Source of the DNA: Eledone cirrhosa
Taxonomy: Eukaryota
Reading direction: 5' to 3'
Assembly: GCA_964016885.1 (NCBI GenBank)
Contig: OZ024741.1
Span: forward strand, 9,672,001 to 9,736,000
DNA: 64,000 nt
The position numbers were made by a program, and so were the translations under genes. Positions 17,090 to 31,280 of the stretch are shown piece after piece; within the stretch, counting starts at the first letter, position 1; the number at the start of each line of letters is the position of its first letter. The notes under the pieces are model-generated. The model ran no database searches. It was not told the origin of the DNA and was given only the letters and a program-made list of their open reading frames with translations.

Positions 17090-17806
17090 GTGTCGTGTAT
17101 GGTGGTGTGTGTGTGGTGGTAGTGTGGTGGAGTGGTGTGGTGGTTGGTGGTGGTGGTAGTGGTGGTGGTGAGGAGGTGGTGGTGGTGGTGGTGGTGGTAG
17201 TGGTGGTGGTGTTGGTGGTGGTGGTGGTGGTGGTAGTGGTGTGGTGGTGGTGGTGTAGTGGTGGTGGTAGTGGTGGTGGTGGTGGTGGTGGTGGTGGTGG
17301 TGGTGGTGGTGGTGGTGGTAGTTGTGGTGGTGGTGGTGGTGGTGGTGGTGGTAGTGGTGGTAGTGTGGTGGTGGTGGTGGTGGTGGTGGTGGTAGTGGTA
17401 GTGGTGGTGGTGTGGTGGTGGTGTGGTGGTTGTGGTGGTGGTGGTGGTGGTAGTGGTAGTGGTGGTGGTGGTGTGTTGGTGGTGTGGTAGTGGTGGTGGT
17501 GTTGGTGGTGGTGGTGTGGTGGTAGTGATGGTGGTGGTGGTGGTGGTGGTGGTGGTAGTGGTGGTGGTGTTGGTGGTGGTGGTAGTGGTGGTGGTGTGGT
17601 GGTGGTGGTAGTGGTGGTTGTGATGGTGGTGGTGGTAGTGGTGGTGGTGGTAGTGGTGGTGGTGTGGTGGTGGTGGTAGTGGTGGTGGTGTTGGTGGTGG
17701 TGGTAGTGGTGGTAGTGATGGTGGTGGTGGTGGTGGTGGTGGTGGTAGTGGTAGTGGTGGTGGTAGTGGTGGTGGTGTGGTGGTGGTGGTGGTGGTGGTG
17801 GTGGTA
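17090..17806. repeat. (GGT/AGT)n microsatellite
   Basis: Direct reading. Confidence 0.95.
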
Positions 17807-18006
17807 NNNNNNNNNNNNNNNNNNNNNNNNNNNNNNNNNNNNNNNNNNNNNNNNNNNNNNNNNNNNNNNNNNNNNNNNNNNNNNNNNNNNNNNNNNNNNN
17901 NNNNNNNNNNNNNNNNNNNNNNNNNNNNNNNNNNNNNNNNNNNNNNNNNNNNNNNNNNNNNNNNNNNNNNNNNNNNNNNNNNNNNNNNNNNNNNNNNNNN
18001 NNNNNN
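17807..18006. other. Assembly gap (200 N)
   Basis: Run of n. Confidence 1.
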
Positions 18007-18187
18007 ACTTCAATATACATATCAATATATATATATAACATATACTTACATTCAATCACTTTACACATATACAACATAGATGCAAATATATACATACATG
18101 CGTATATATATGTGTATTTGTGCATATACATATATACTTAAACACACATGTATATGTTGTTTAAATGCATGTATATATCGATGCACG

Positions 18188-18232
<45 letters not shown>

Positions 18233-18504
18233 CATATGTATATATATATGTATCTATATATGTATATATATATTATATATATATATACGTATATATATAT
18301 ATGTATATATGTGTATGTATATATATATGTATATATGTGTATGTATATATATGTATATATATGTGTATGTATATATATATATATGTATATATGTGTATAT
18401 ATATATATATATATTTATATATGTGTATGTATATATATATGTTGTTATACTTTGGGAGGGTCATGTTGCTAAACAAATTCAGAAACGATATATATATGTG
18501 TATG

Positions 18505-18535
<31 letters not shown>

Positions 18536-18558
18536 ATGTATATATGTGTATGTATGTA

Positions 18559-18611
<53 letters not shown>

Positions 18612-19064
18612 ATATATATATATATGTATATATGCGTATGTATGTATATATGTGTATATATGTGTATATATGTGTATATATGTGTATATATGTGTATATG
18701 TGTATGTATGTATATATGTGTATATATGTGTATATATGTGTATATGTGTATGTATGTATATATGTGTATATATGTGTATATATGTGTATATGTGTATGTA
18801 TGTATATATGTGTATATATGTGTATATGTGTATGTATGTATATATGTGTATATATGTGTATATATGTGTATGTATGTATATATGTGTATATATGTGTATA
18901 TGTGTATGTATGTATATATGTGTATATATGTGTATATGATGGTTTCACAGTCCAAGACAGCAGTTGAGGGTTGCGATGGAGATATATTTGGCAATCCAAC
19001 GATTTACGAAGAACTCAACGTAAGGATTCGACTGGGGGCGGGGTAGCGTCTCTCTCTCTCTCTC

Positions 19065-19109
<45 letters not shown>

Positions 19110-19429
19110 ATCTGTCTGTATGTCTCTGTGTGTGTGTGTGTTGTCTCTGTATGCCTGTGTGTCTGTGTGTCTGTGTTGTCTATGTGTGTATCTGTGTGTG
19201 TCTGTGTCTGTGTGTATGTGTGTCTGTGTGTCTGTGTGTCTGTGTGTCTGTGTGTGTCTGTGTGTCTGTGTGTCTGTGTGTCTGTGTGTGTCTGTGTGTC
19301 TGTGTGTGCCAGCTTATAATAGAGAGTTTCTCTCTTAAGAAACAACTGAGAGAGAGACACACACACACAGACACACACATACACACACACACAGGTACAC
19401 ACACACAGGTACACACACACACACAGACA

Positions 19430-22400
19430 CACGGAGACAGGCACACACACAGAGACAGGCACACACACACACGGAGACAGGCACACACACGGAGACAGAC
19501 ACACACACGGAGACAGGCACACACACACACGGAGACAGGCGCGCGCACACGCGGAGACAGGCGCGCACACACACGGAGACAGGCACACACACACACACGG
19601 AGACAGGCACACACACACACGGAGACAGGCACACACACACACGGAGACAGGCACGCACACGGAGACAGGCACACACACATACGGAGACAGGCACACACAC
19701 ACACGGAGACAGGCACACACACACACGGAGACAGGCACACACACACACGGAGACAGGCACACACACGGAGACAGGCACACACACGGAGACAGGCACACAC
19801 ACACACGGAGACAGGCACACACACGGAGACAGGCACACACACACACGGAGACAGGCACACACACACGGAGACAGGCACACACACACACGGAGACAGGCAC
19901 ACACACACACGGATACAGGCACACACACGGAGACAGGCACACACACGGAGACAGACACACACACACACGGAGACAGGCACACACACACACGGAGACAGGC
20001 ACACACACACGGAGACAGGCACACACACACACGGAGACAGGCACACACACACACGGATACAGGCACACACACAGAGACAGGCACACACACGGAGACAGGC
20101 ACACACACACACGGAGACAGGCACACACACACACGGAGACAGGCACACACACACGGAGACAGGCACACACACACACGGAGACAGGCACACACACACGGAT
20201 ACAGGCACACACACACGGAGACAGGCACACACACGGAGACAGGCACACACACACACGGAGACAGGCACACACACACACGGAGACAGGCACACACACACAC
20301 GGAGACAGGCACACACACGGAGACAAGCACACACACACACGGAGACAGGCACACACACGGAGACAGGCACACACACGGAGACAGGCACACACACACAAGG
20401 AGACAGGCACACACACACACGGAGACAGGGACACACACACACGGAGACAGGCACACACACACACGGAGACAGGCACACACACACACGGAGACAGGCACAC
20501 ACACACACGGAGACAGGCACACACACGGAGACAGGCACACACACGGAGACAGGCACACACACACAAGGAGACAGGCACACACACACAAGGAGACAGGCAC
20601 ACACACACACGGAGACAGGGACACACACACACGGAGACAGGCACACACACGGAGACAAGCACACACACACGGAGACAGGCACACACACGGAGACAGGCAC
20701 ACACACGGAGACAGGCACACACACACAAGGAGACAGGCACACACACACACGGAGACAGGGACACACACACACGGAGACAGGCACACACACACACGGAGAC
20801 AGGCACACACACGGAGACAAGCACACACACACACACGGAGACAGGCACACACACACACGGAGACAGGCACACACACACACGGAGACAGGCACACACACAC
20901 ACGGAGACAGGCACACACACACACGGAGACAGGCACACACACACACACGGAGACAGGCACACACACGGAGACAGGCACACACACACACACGGAGACAGGC
21001 ACACACACGGAGACAGGCACACACACACACACGGAGACAGGCACACACACACACGGAGACAGGCACACACACACACGGAGACAGGCACACACACACACGG
21101 AGACAGGCACACACACACACGGAGACAGGCACACACACACACACGGAGACAGGCACACACACGGAGACAGGCACACACACGGAGACAGGCACACACACAC
21201 AAGGAGACAGGCACACACACACACGGAGACAGGGACACACACACACGGAGACAGGCACACACACACACGGATACAGGCACACACACGGAGACAGGCACAC
21301 ACACACACGGAGACAGGCGCCGACACACACGGTGACAGGCACACACACACTCACGGAGACAGGCACACACACACACGGAGACAGGCACACACACACTCAC
21401 GGAGACAGGCACACACACACACGGAGACAGGCACACACACACACGGAGACAGGCACACACACACACGGAGACAGGCACACACACACACGGAGATAGGCAC
21501 ACACACACACACGGAGACAGGGACACACACACACGGTGATAGGCACACACACACACGGAGATAGGCACACACACACACGGAGACAGGCACACACACACAC
21601 GGAGACAGGCACACACACACACGGAGATAGGCACACACACACACACGGAGACAGGGACACACACACACGGTGATAGGCACACACACACACGGAGATAGGC
21701 ACACACACACACGGAGATAGGCACACACACACACGGAGACAGGGACACACACACTCACGGAGACAGGCACACACACACACGGAGACAGGCACACACACAC
21801 ACGGAGACAGGCACACACACACACGGAGACAGGCACACACACACACGGAGATAGGCACACACACACACACGGAGACAGGGACACACACACACGGTGATAG
21901 GCACACACACACACGGAGATAGGCACACACACACACGGAGACAGGCACACACACACACGGAGACAGGCACACACACACACGGAGATAGGCACACACACAC
22001 ACACGGAGACAGGGACACACACACACGGTGATAGGCACACACACACACGGAGATAGGCACACACACACACACGGAGACAGGGACACACACACACGGTGAT
22101 AGGCACACACACACACGGAGATAGGCACACACACACACACGGAGACAGGCACACACACACACGAAGACAGGCACACACACACACCGAGACAGGCACACAC
22201 ACACACGGAGACAGACACACACACACGGAGACAGGCACACACACGGAGACAGGCACACACACACACGGAGACAGGCACACACACACACGGAGACAGGCAC
22301 ATACACACACGGAGACAGGCACACACACACACGGAGACAGGCACACACACACACGGAGATAGGCACACACACACACGGAGACAGGCACACACACACACGG

Positions 22401-22805
22401 ACACAGGCGCACACACACACGGAGACAGGCACACACACACACGGAGATAGGCACACACACACACGGAGACAGGCACACACACACACGGAGACAGGCACAC
22501 ACACACACGGAGACAGGCACACACACACACGGAGACAGGCGCACACACACACGGAGACAGGCACACACACACACGGAGATAGGCACACACACACACGGAG
22601 ACAGGCACACACACACACGGAGACAGGCACACACACACACGGAGACAGGCACACACACACACGGAGACAGGCACACACACACACGGAGACAGGCGCACAC
22701 ACACACGGAGACAGGCACACACACACACGGAGATAGGCACACACACACACGGAGACAGGCACACACACACACGGAGACAGGCACACACACACACGGACAC
22801 AGGCG
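19430..22805. repeat. Compound satellite GGAGACAGG(CA)n, cleaner second copy
   Basis: Same unit variants in the same order as 13030-16670. Confidence 0.95.
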
Positions 22806-23384
22806 CACAAACATGCACTTTTCCCCCTTGTTTCTATTTCTCTATCTCTCCCAGCACAAATGCACACACACACACACACGTACATATACACACACACGCG
22901 TACATACTCACACACACACGTACAGATACACACACACACACACATGTACATAATCACACACACACACACACACACACACACGTACAGATGTATACACACA
23001 CACACACACACACGTACAGATACACACACACACACACACACGTACATACACACACACACGCATATGTGTGTGTGTGTGTGTTGGCCAGAGAGAAAGAGAG
23101 AGAAGGAGAGAAAGAGAAGGCAAAGAGTGAAAGGGAAGTGTCGTAATAGTGAGGGAGGGAGTGAAGGAATAGAGAGAGAGAGAGAGGGGGCGTGGTCAAC
23201 ATGGAGGCATCTTCTCATTGGACAACTTAGATACATATACAAACGCTGACATATGTGTGTGTCGGTGTATGTGTGTGTGTATGTTAGTTTGTGAATGTAT
23301 GTGTGTGTGTGTGCATGTGTAGAGGATGTTATAAAGATAGATGTGAGGGAGGAGGAGGGAAATAATGGAATGGTTGTTATTGTG

Positions 23385-24114
23385 ATGGTGGTGGTGGTGG
23401 TGGTGGTGGTGGTGGTGGTAGTGGTGGTGGTGTTGGTGGTGGTGGTAGTGGTGGTGGTGTTGGTGGTGGTGGTAGTGGTGGTAGTGATGGTGGTGGTGGT
23501 GGTGGTGGTGGTGGTGGTGGTAGTGGTAGTGGTGGTGGTAGTGGTGGTGGTGTTGGTGGTGGTGGTGGTGGTGGTGGTGGTAGTGGTAGTGGTGGTGGTG
23601 GTGGTGTTGGTGGTGGTGGTAGTGGTGGTAGCTGTGGTGGTGATGGTGGAAATAGTGGTAGTGGTGGTAGTGGTGGTGGTAGTGGTGGTGGTGTTGGTGG
23701 TGGTGGTAGTGGTGGTAGTGGTGGTGGTGATGGTGGTAGTGATGGTGGTGTTGGTGGTGGTGGTGGTGGTGGTGGTGGTAGTGGTAGTGGTGGTGGTAGT
23801 GGTAGTGGTGGTGGTGATGGTGGAAATAGTGGTAGTGGTGGTAGTGGTGGTGGTAGTGGTGGTGGTGGTGGTAGTAGTGGTGGTGGTGGTAGTGGTGGTG
23901 ATAGTGGTGGTGGTGATGATGGTAGTGGTAGTAGTGGTGGTGGTTGTGTGGTGGTGGGGATGGTGGTAGTGGTGGTGGTGGTAGTGGTGGTAGTGGTGGT
24001 GGTGGTAGTGGTGTTGGTGGTAGTGTAGTAGTGGTGGTGGTGGTGGTGGTGGTGGTGGTGGTGGTGGTGGTGGTGGTGGTGGTGGTAGTGGTGGTGGTGA
24101 TGGTGGTGTTACTG

Positions 24115-24157
<43 letters not shown>

Positions 24158-24200
24158 AACTACTACTTCTACTACTACTACTACTACTACTGCTGCTATA

Positions 24201-24234
<34 letters not shown>

Positions 24235-24281
24235 TTACTACCACTACTACTACTACCACTAATACTACTACTACTGCATCA

Positions 24282-24315
<34 letters not shown>

Positions 24316-24359
24316 GTACTACTACTACTACTAACACTACTACTACTACTACTGCATCA

Positions 24360-24396
<37 letters not shown>

Positions 24397-24473
24397 TTAC
24401 TACTACCACTACCACTACCACTACTACTACTACTACAACTACTACTAACACTAATACTACTACTACTGCATCA

Positions 24474-24522
<49 letters not shown>

Positions 24523-24556
24523 CTACTACTACTACTAGTAGTACTACTACTACTAC
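23385..24556. repeat. (GGT/AGT)n tract switching to (ACT)n
   Basis: Strand switch at about 24110. Confidence 0.95.
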
Positions 24557-24813
24557 AATTAATTTCTCTATAATCTCTATGTGGTCAGTTAACATGCAAG
24601 AAATAGTAGCCATCTCTCCCCTAAAAAGCAATGCTCGAGTGGCAAACGTGTAGTTCATGGCTGGAACGGCTTTCATCATTAATTAACTAACAAGGAAATA
24701 TCCCCCCCCCCACACACTTGCACAGACACAGACGTGCGTTGGCACACATGGTGACACACGCCATCCACTAGTAATTTAGTCTTGCTCTCTCTCCTTCATA
24801 CAAACCTATGTAT

Positions 24814-24848
<35 letters not shown>

Positions 24849-24946
24849 GGAAAAAGTTTGATCCCGACGGCAGAGCTCAAGCCGTTTCGACGGCTATTTC
24901 AGGACTCTGTTATGGTCCATCTGGTTCCTTACCACAATTCCTTTGT

Positions 24947-24973
<27 letters not shown>

Positions 24974-24977
<4 letters not shown>

Positions 24978-25287
24978 GCCCGAAACGTCGTCCTCCACCT
25001 ACCCCCCACTCTCCTGAGCGTGAATCTAATAAACATTTGTCGTACTGCCTCTCTGTTCTGTCCCTGTTCAATTTTTTATTATACAAAACACACGCTCACA
25101 CGGCCTCCATCCTTGGAACTCACTTAACAACCGGCTCAACCCCGATCTAATCCGCCGTGACCTGTCTCCGAACTTTAAGAAGGGCTTATGCCCGAAACGT
25201 CGTCCTCCACCTACCCCCACTCTCCTGAGCGTGAATCTAATAAACATTTGTCGTACTGCCTCTCTGTTCTGTCCCTGTTCAATTTTT

Positions 25288-25292
<5 letters not shown>
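24974..25292 (+). mobile_element. Partial tandem of a short PLE-like pseudo-LTR with degenerate minimal hammerhead
   Basis: ~107-bp direct repeats (24974-25081, 25186-25292); tttaaga-agggc ttat gccc-GAAA-cg-TC; tail fragments at about 5162, 10192 and 28900. Confidence 0.6.
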
Positions 25293-25370
<78 letters not shown>

Positions 25371-25373
<3 letters not shown>

Positions 25374-25562
25374 CGAAGGAATTGTGGTAAGGAACCAGAT
25401 GGACCATAACGCACCAGAGTACTCAATACTTAGGGTAGTAGAGTGGGTAATAGGAAAGGGTATGACCCCGACGGCAGAGCTCAAGCCCTTTCAACTGCTA
25501 TTTCAGTCCCCAGAAATAGCCGTCGAAACGGGTTGAGCTCTGCCGTCGGGGTCATATCTTTT

Positions 25563-25567
<5 letters not shown>
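25371..25567. mobile_element. Family A fold-back element
   Basis: Tail plus palindrome as above. Confidence 0.8.
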
Positions 25568-25601
<34 letters not shown>

Positions 25602-25742
25602 AGTTTATGTTGGTTGTATACCAACACCTCAGTATGCAGGCTGGAGCACTCGACGAAGTGCGCAGGTTGGTTTGGTTACTCCGGAGTAGTGTAAAATAAA
25701 GTTAAATAAAAGTCAAATGATTAAAATTTAGCTTCGTTTATT

Positions 25743-25797
25743 ACTGCTATATATATTTCAGTGACAGCCATCTTTGGCTGTGACCTCTTCAGGCAGT
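25743..25797 (-). ncRNA. Type I hammerhead ribozyme (family D)
   Basis: Reverse complement of 27728-27782. Confidence 0.75.
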
Positions 25798-26445
25798 TTG
25801 AATTAGTATGGTATAGACAAGTACATATGTTGTTTAGGTGTATGATATTGTCAATACTCTGATATGCCCAGTTCCTTGCTGGGTTGTTAATTCACTGGGG
25901 AACTGGAGTCATATGAATTCAAACAAACGAATTTTCGTGTCACAGGTCCCCTTCTCCTCTCATTGGTCAGCTATTAGTGTTGTCATTGTTGGAGTTAGCT
26001 TAAAAATTGATAAAATGGTAGAAGGGACAAGGTGTTGAAGGAACAAAATATCAAAAATGTGTCAAACTTCCCATTGTTCAGTTCTGAGAGCATTCCTCAG
26101 TCAGAAGTCTATAGAATTCTTTCTGGGGTGAGGCTCCCTGTAGTGTTTATGCCTGCTATTGTTCAGTACATTTGACCTCCACCATTATTTTGGTACTGTT
26201 GTTGTTGTAGTGGTCAGCTTATATCTTGCTGCTGCTAACAATTTAGAAGTATTCAGTTTGTGTTTTCTCTTCATCCCACCCGCCACCATCGTAGTGGTGG
26301 TGGCGGGGGGAGGGGGGGGGGGGTTATTTCATGTATATGAATGAATATAAGGCAATAAATGAAGAAAACAGAAGATAAATAAATAATATAATTAATATAA
26401 TTTGTGTAATTTGAAAATAAATAAATAAATAGAGAATAAAGAATA

Positions 26446-26652
26446 AAGGACAGGACCCCATACTCTCTGGCCTGGTACATAATCAGGAAAGTACCACCCG
26501 ATAAAGGGGGATCTTGCATATGCAAACTATGCCTGAACGAGACCCTCGAGATACTAAGAGGTGGAAGCGGCCTGATAAACCTCAGAACCGACTTCTTCGG
26601 GACATGCAGACACCTTAGAGCCGGGACCTTTCTCAAAATATATGGACAGTAG
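26446..26652 (+). pseudogene. PLE GIY-YIG endonuclease C-terminal remnant
   Basis: KDRTPYSLAWYIIRKVPPDKGGSCICKLCLNETLEILRGGSGLINLRTDFFGTCRHLRAGTFLKIYGQ*, matching the W.I......C.LCL.E...I......N.R......CRH pattern. Confidence 0.8.
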
Positions 26653-27727
26653 CAACACAAGAAGATGTGAACTCCCCTCAAGCCATAGGGAACAACCCAG
26701 GCGGAGCAGACACCATGATAGCCTAGAGACAGAATCGGACACAGCCATAATAATCTGGCCAACATCTATAACACAAACACTTTTAATTTACCAGATTTCT
26801 GACTTTAAAGTTCCAATCTTAAATCTTGATTTCTCTATATTAATTTGTTATTTGTTTTCTGCCCTCTTCACTGTATAACCTTATATTTATTTTAAGTTGA
26901 GATAGATTATAACACAAACACATTGAATATCTCATCTTAACATCTTGTATCATACCAATCTATCCAACATATTCTGACCTTGAGATTGGTTATAGCACAC
27001 ACACACACACACTTTATCCTACATTATTTCTCACTTCTCCATATACATTATCATTACTTTTTCACCAATCTCTCATTTACTCTTTATTCTTTATTCTCTA
27101 TTTATTTATTTATTTTCAAATTACACAAATTATATTAATTATATTATTTATTTATCTTCTGTTTTCTTCATTTATTGCCTTATATTCCTTCGTATACATG
27201 AAATAACCCCCCCCCCCCCCGCCACCACCACTACGATGGTGGCGGGTGGGATGAAGAGAAAACACAAACTGAATACTTCTAAATTGTTAGCAGCAGCAAG
27301 ATATAAGCTGACCACTACAACAACAACAGTACCAAAATAATGGTGGAGGTCAAATGTACTGAACAATAGCAGGCATAAACACTACAGGGAGCCTCACCCC
27401 AGAAAGAATTCTATAGACTTCTGACTGAGGAATGCTCTCAGAACTGAACAATGGGAAGTTTGACACATTTTTGATATTTTGTTCCTTCAACACCTTGTCC
27501 CTTCTACCATTTTATCAATTTTTAAGCTAACTCCAACAATGACAACACTAATAGCTGACCAATGAGAGGAGAAGGGGACCTGTGACACGAAAATTCGTTT
27601 GTTTGAATTCATATGACTCCAGTTCCCCAGTGAATTAACAACCCAGCAAGGAACTGGGCATATCAGAGTATTGACAATATCATACACCTAAACAACATAT
27701 GTACTTGTCTATACCATACTAATTCAA

Positions 27728-27782
27728 ACTGCCTGAAGAGGTCACAGCCAAAGATGGCTGTCACTGAAATATATATAGCAGT
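27728..27782 (+). ncRNA. Type I hammerhead ribozyme (family D)
   Basis: actgc-CTGAAGA-ggtcacagcc aaagat ggctgtcact-GAAA-tatata-TA-gcagt-AATAAA. Confidence 0.75.
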
Positions 27783-27831
27783 AATAAACGAAGCTAAATT
27801 TTAATCATTTGACTTTTATTTAACTTTATTT

Positions 27832-27874
<43 letters not shown>

Positions 27875-28506
27875 GAGAGGTATAGAGATTGTTTTAGCAA
27901 GAAGCTAACGGCATTCTATAACATATATGCGACTATAACGTCAAGATGGGAAAAGTAGTTAACGAAAGATTTAGGAAAAATAACTCAAACTCATCTCAAA
28001 AGAGAATCAGGATATAAATTCATCCACAGAATTTAGTAAAATCCAGGGAAAAATCTATAGACCTTTAACTCATGATAAAATACAGTTTGAAACACTTATC
28101 CTTCAATTTGGAATAACATCAAATGCTCTGTATAGTCTTAAAAGACTATTTCATGAAAACTTTCAGTGGAGATGGTCACGGTTGGATTTCATTCATCAGC
28201 AGAGCTCAACAGAAACCAGGGCTCTCACAGTAGTATAATCCGAAAAAGGGAATTCTAAAACTGGCTAGTTCGCCTTCATGTGTATTTATGAAAAAGCACA
28301 TGAGGAAAAAACGGGGCTAGTGACGTCAGGATGGAAGTGAATGTTTATTTACAAGAAATAGCAGTCAAATACATTCTGAAAAAAACTCTACAAAGGAGTT
28401 CAGCAAAATAGCAATAATTATCACAGTTTTTATGAAAAAAAAAAACCGGGATTAGTCACAGATAGTTTAAGCACTCTAGGAAAAGAATCCGAGTATATAT
28501 ATATAT

Positions 28507-28620
28507 AACGAAGGAAATGTGGTAAGGAACCAGGTGGACCAAAACGCACCAAAGTACTCAAAACTTAGGGTAGTAGAGTGGGTATTAGGAACAAGTAAGA
28601 CGCCCTTACTTGTTCCTATA
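28507..28620. mobile_element. Family A element, very short fold-back
   Basis: Tail followed by taggaacaagtaag acgcc cttacttgttccta. Confidence 0.75.
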
Positions 28621-28638
28621 TATATATATATATATACA

Positions 28639-28684
<46 letters not shown>

Positions 28685-28750
28685 TATGTATATATATATA
28701 TATGTATAATATACATATATATATATTAAAATAACAGATTTTAATAAATA

Positions 28751-28867
<117 letters not shown>

Positions 28868-28975
28868 CATATATATATATACATATGTATATATATATAT
28901 CCCCCATTCTCCTGGGCGTGAATTTAATAAACATTTATCGTACTGCCTCTCTGTTCTGTCCCTGTTCAATTTTTC

Positions 28976-29045
<70 letters not shown>

Positions 29046-29129
29046 AGTATGTATACGTACATACATATATGTATACAGACGTACAGTAGTATGTATATAT
29101 ATACATACACACACATATATGTATGTACA

Positions 29130-29408
29130 TATGGGTTTACCGAACATTTATTATAATGTTCGATATGCAAATTAGGCTGCTCATCCGTTAATATGCATAA
29201 GGAAAGTATATACTTTCAAACGTTCAATCATCTGACAGGAAGGTATACGAAGCTGACGATAGCAAATAAGCTAGAAACTAGTTCATCGTTCCTTTGTCTT
29301 TGTTGAACAAAAAAGGGCGACGATGGTTGCCGAACACTGGACGGCTTAATCCGGGCTGTTTGTTTACAAACACACCGAACATTATAATAAATGTTCGGTA
29401 AACCCATA
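29130..29408. mobile_element. MITE with perfect 33-bp terminal inverted repeats
   Basis: tatgggtttaccgaacatttattataatgttcg (29130-29162) and exact reverse complement (29376-29408); outer TA may be the TSD. Confidence 0.85.
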
Positions 29409-30083
29409 CGTACATATATATATATATATGTTTGCATGTATGTATATATACTTACATTTAAGTATCAGCCGTTCTAAGAGTGAGAAATTTTATTTCATTT
29501 CATTCTTCTCCGTGGCTTTAATTCTTGTCAGAGTTCAACGACCTGCGCATGTATTGTTTTTGGCGGTAGCCTCCTTCCTCCCATTTTCGGGACAGTGTGA
29601 GATTATCTTTAGAACTGCTGGACTAACAACTTAGCAGTCCCCTCAAGCACTGGTGGTGATTATCGCTAAATATTGATGTTGATTTGGTTATAAATATTAA
29701 TATTATTGGGTTACCCACTTAAGATTTATAAGAGCCCTCTTGAATAAGTATCTGTTGATCTTATACAAGCTTCTACATAACTTGGTATATTTTCACCCAA
29801 CTTGTAGAAATCTTATAATGAAACGAGTCGTCTGGGAAATGATATATTTTATATATCTCATATGAAATGATACAGCCAATTATCCACACAATACAATATA
29901 GTTAGCACCCCAAACGTTTAATTGGGAATATACTCAGGTATTTCCTAATGTTTGTTGAGTGAGTTGAATTTGGCCGGAGTATCGCTTTTAGCTTTCTCCG
30001 ATTTTGTATTTATATATATATATATATCTTGAACCGTTAAGGTATTTTCATTTCTTATGTCAAAATTTATAAAACACGCTTCG

Positions 30084-30144
30084 TATTTTGTCTGATGAAA
30101 GCGTACCAAAGTTTTGGTACCCTTGAAATATATATAATAGAATA
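30084..30144 (+). ncRNA. Type I hammerhead ribozyme (family E)
   Basis: tattttgt-CTGATGA-aagcgtaccaa agtt ttggtaccctt-GAAA-tatata-TA-atagaata (8-bp stem I with 2 G-U), AATAAA overlapping. Confidence 0.75.
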
Positions 30145-30416
30145 AATATGGTTTCATAAATATAGTTTCCATTTATCATTGTATATATATATATTTATAT
30201 AAATATACTTTCCATTTATCATTGTATATATATATATATATAAATTAGAAAATATATAGCTTTCACCGTATTTTTAACTAAAGGGATTTTAGCTTGATAA
30301 CGGGGTTTAGAACCCTCAGATAAATGGAAAAAGATGAGTATTGACGTACATATATATATAAGTTTATCTCAGGTTCAATCGGGGGTAACCACAGTGAGTA
30401 AGGTACTCAATACAAA

Positions 30417-30467
30417 GGTTTCTACAGGACTAGAACTGTTTCATTCGGGAGAAATCATCAGGAAGCC
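30417..30467 (-). ncRNA. Type I hammerhead ribozyme (family B) followed by an inverted degenerate copy to 30510
   Basis: ggcttc-CTGATGA-tttc tccc gaat-GAAA-cag ttctagtc ctg-TA-gaaacc; full stem III, GUA site. Confidence 0.75.
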
Positions 30468-30523
30468 TCATGATTTCTCCCGAATGAACCAGTTCTAGTC
30501 CTATAGAAGCTTTTCTATATTAA

Positions 30524-30620
<97 letters not shown>

Positions 30621-30743
30621 TGTGTGTGTGTGCAAGTGTGTGTGTGAGAGTACTCAATATCGAAGGGGAGTTTTAGTATTCATTTTCTTATAGGTTAAAT
30701 ACTGAGTCTTGTTACACTGGAGTTTCATATGTTTACATATATA

Positions 30744-30846
30744 TATAATAAAGATGAAATAAAAGATGGTTATAAGAGTTCCCTATGTTTTATTAAAATA
30801 TATGGAACTCTTATAGCCATCTTTTATTTCATCTTTATTATATATA
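30744..30846. repeat. ~100-bp palindrome
   Basis: ataataaagatgaaataaaagatggttataagagttcc...ggaactcttatagccatcttttatttcatctttattat. Confidence 0.9.
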
Positions 30847-31145
30847 CTCCAGTTCTACCAACTGTCGAGTGCTACTTATCTGATATATGCATAGTTTTAT
30901 TGTTCTAGAATATTACTCACCTTCTATATATATATATATATATATATTTATTCAGGTTTGAGGTTCACCACTGTATAGAGCTGGTCTATTCCGTATGGTC
31001 AATCGTAATGCAATAATATAGAGAGTACTCAACGTAAAGCAGTTCAAGCGTCTTTGTTTTTGTAGTCGGTGGTGCTATTACGGAGTTAAATATTATAATG
31101 AAATGACAGGAGGCTGGATTTGTGTAAATCCTTGAAAGGTTTATT

Positions 31146-31203
31146 ATACTATGATCATTTCAATGACCGGGTTCCGTATGAAACCGGTGATATCATCAGG
31201 TAT
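31146..31203 (-). ncRNA. Type I hammerhead ribozyme (family C)
   Basis: atac-CTGATGA-tatcaccggtttcatacggaacccggtcatt-GAAA-tgatca-TA-gtat-AATAAA. Confidence 0.75.
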
Positions 31204-31224
31204 TCGAAATATAATACGTGAATG

Positions 31225-31280
<56 letters not shown>

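Larger units (their letters stand above)
11602..17806. repeat. First copy of ~6.2-kb segment repeated after the gap
   Basis: Sequence from 11602 (acttcaatatacatatc...) recurs at 18007; this copy becomes indel-noisy towards the gap. Confidence 0.9.
25597..27833 (+). mobile_element. 5'-truncated Penelope-like element with inverted pseudo-LTRs
   Basis: ~755-bp inverted repeats (25692-26448 / 27082-27833), GIY-YIG C-terminal remnant between them, one HHR in each arm, extra tail only on the left arm, (TA)n flanks. Confidence 0.85.

Noticed and set aside
17090-17806. Telomere-like or functional G-quadruplex region
   Set aside because: Simple (GGT)n microsatellite, not TTAGGG, and adjacent to a gap.
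12614-24679. Very long ORFs (700-970 aa)
   Set aside because: Translations of the (CA)n-GGAGACAGG satellite and trinucleotide tracts, open in several frames on both strands.
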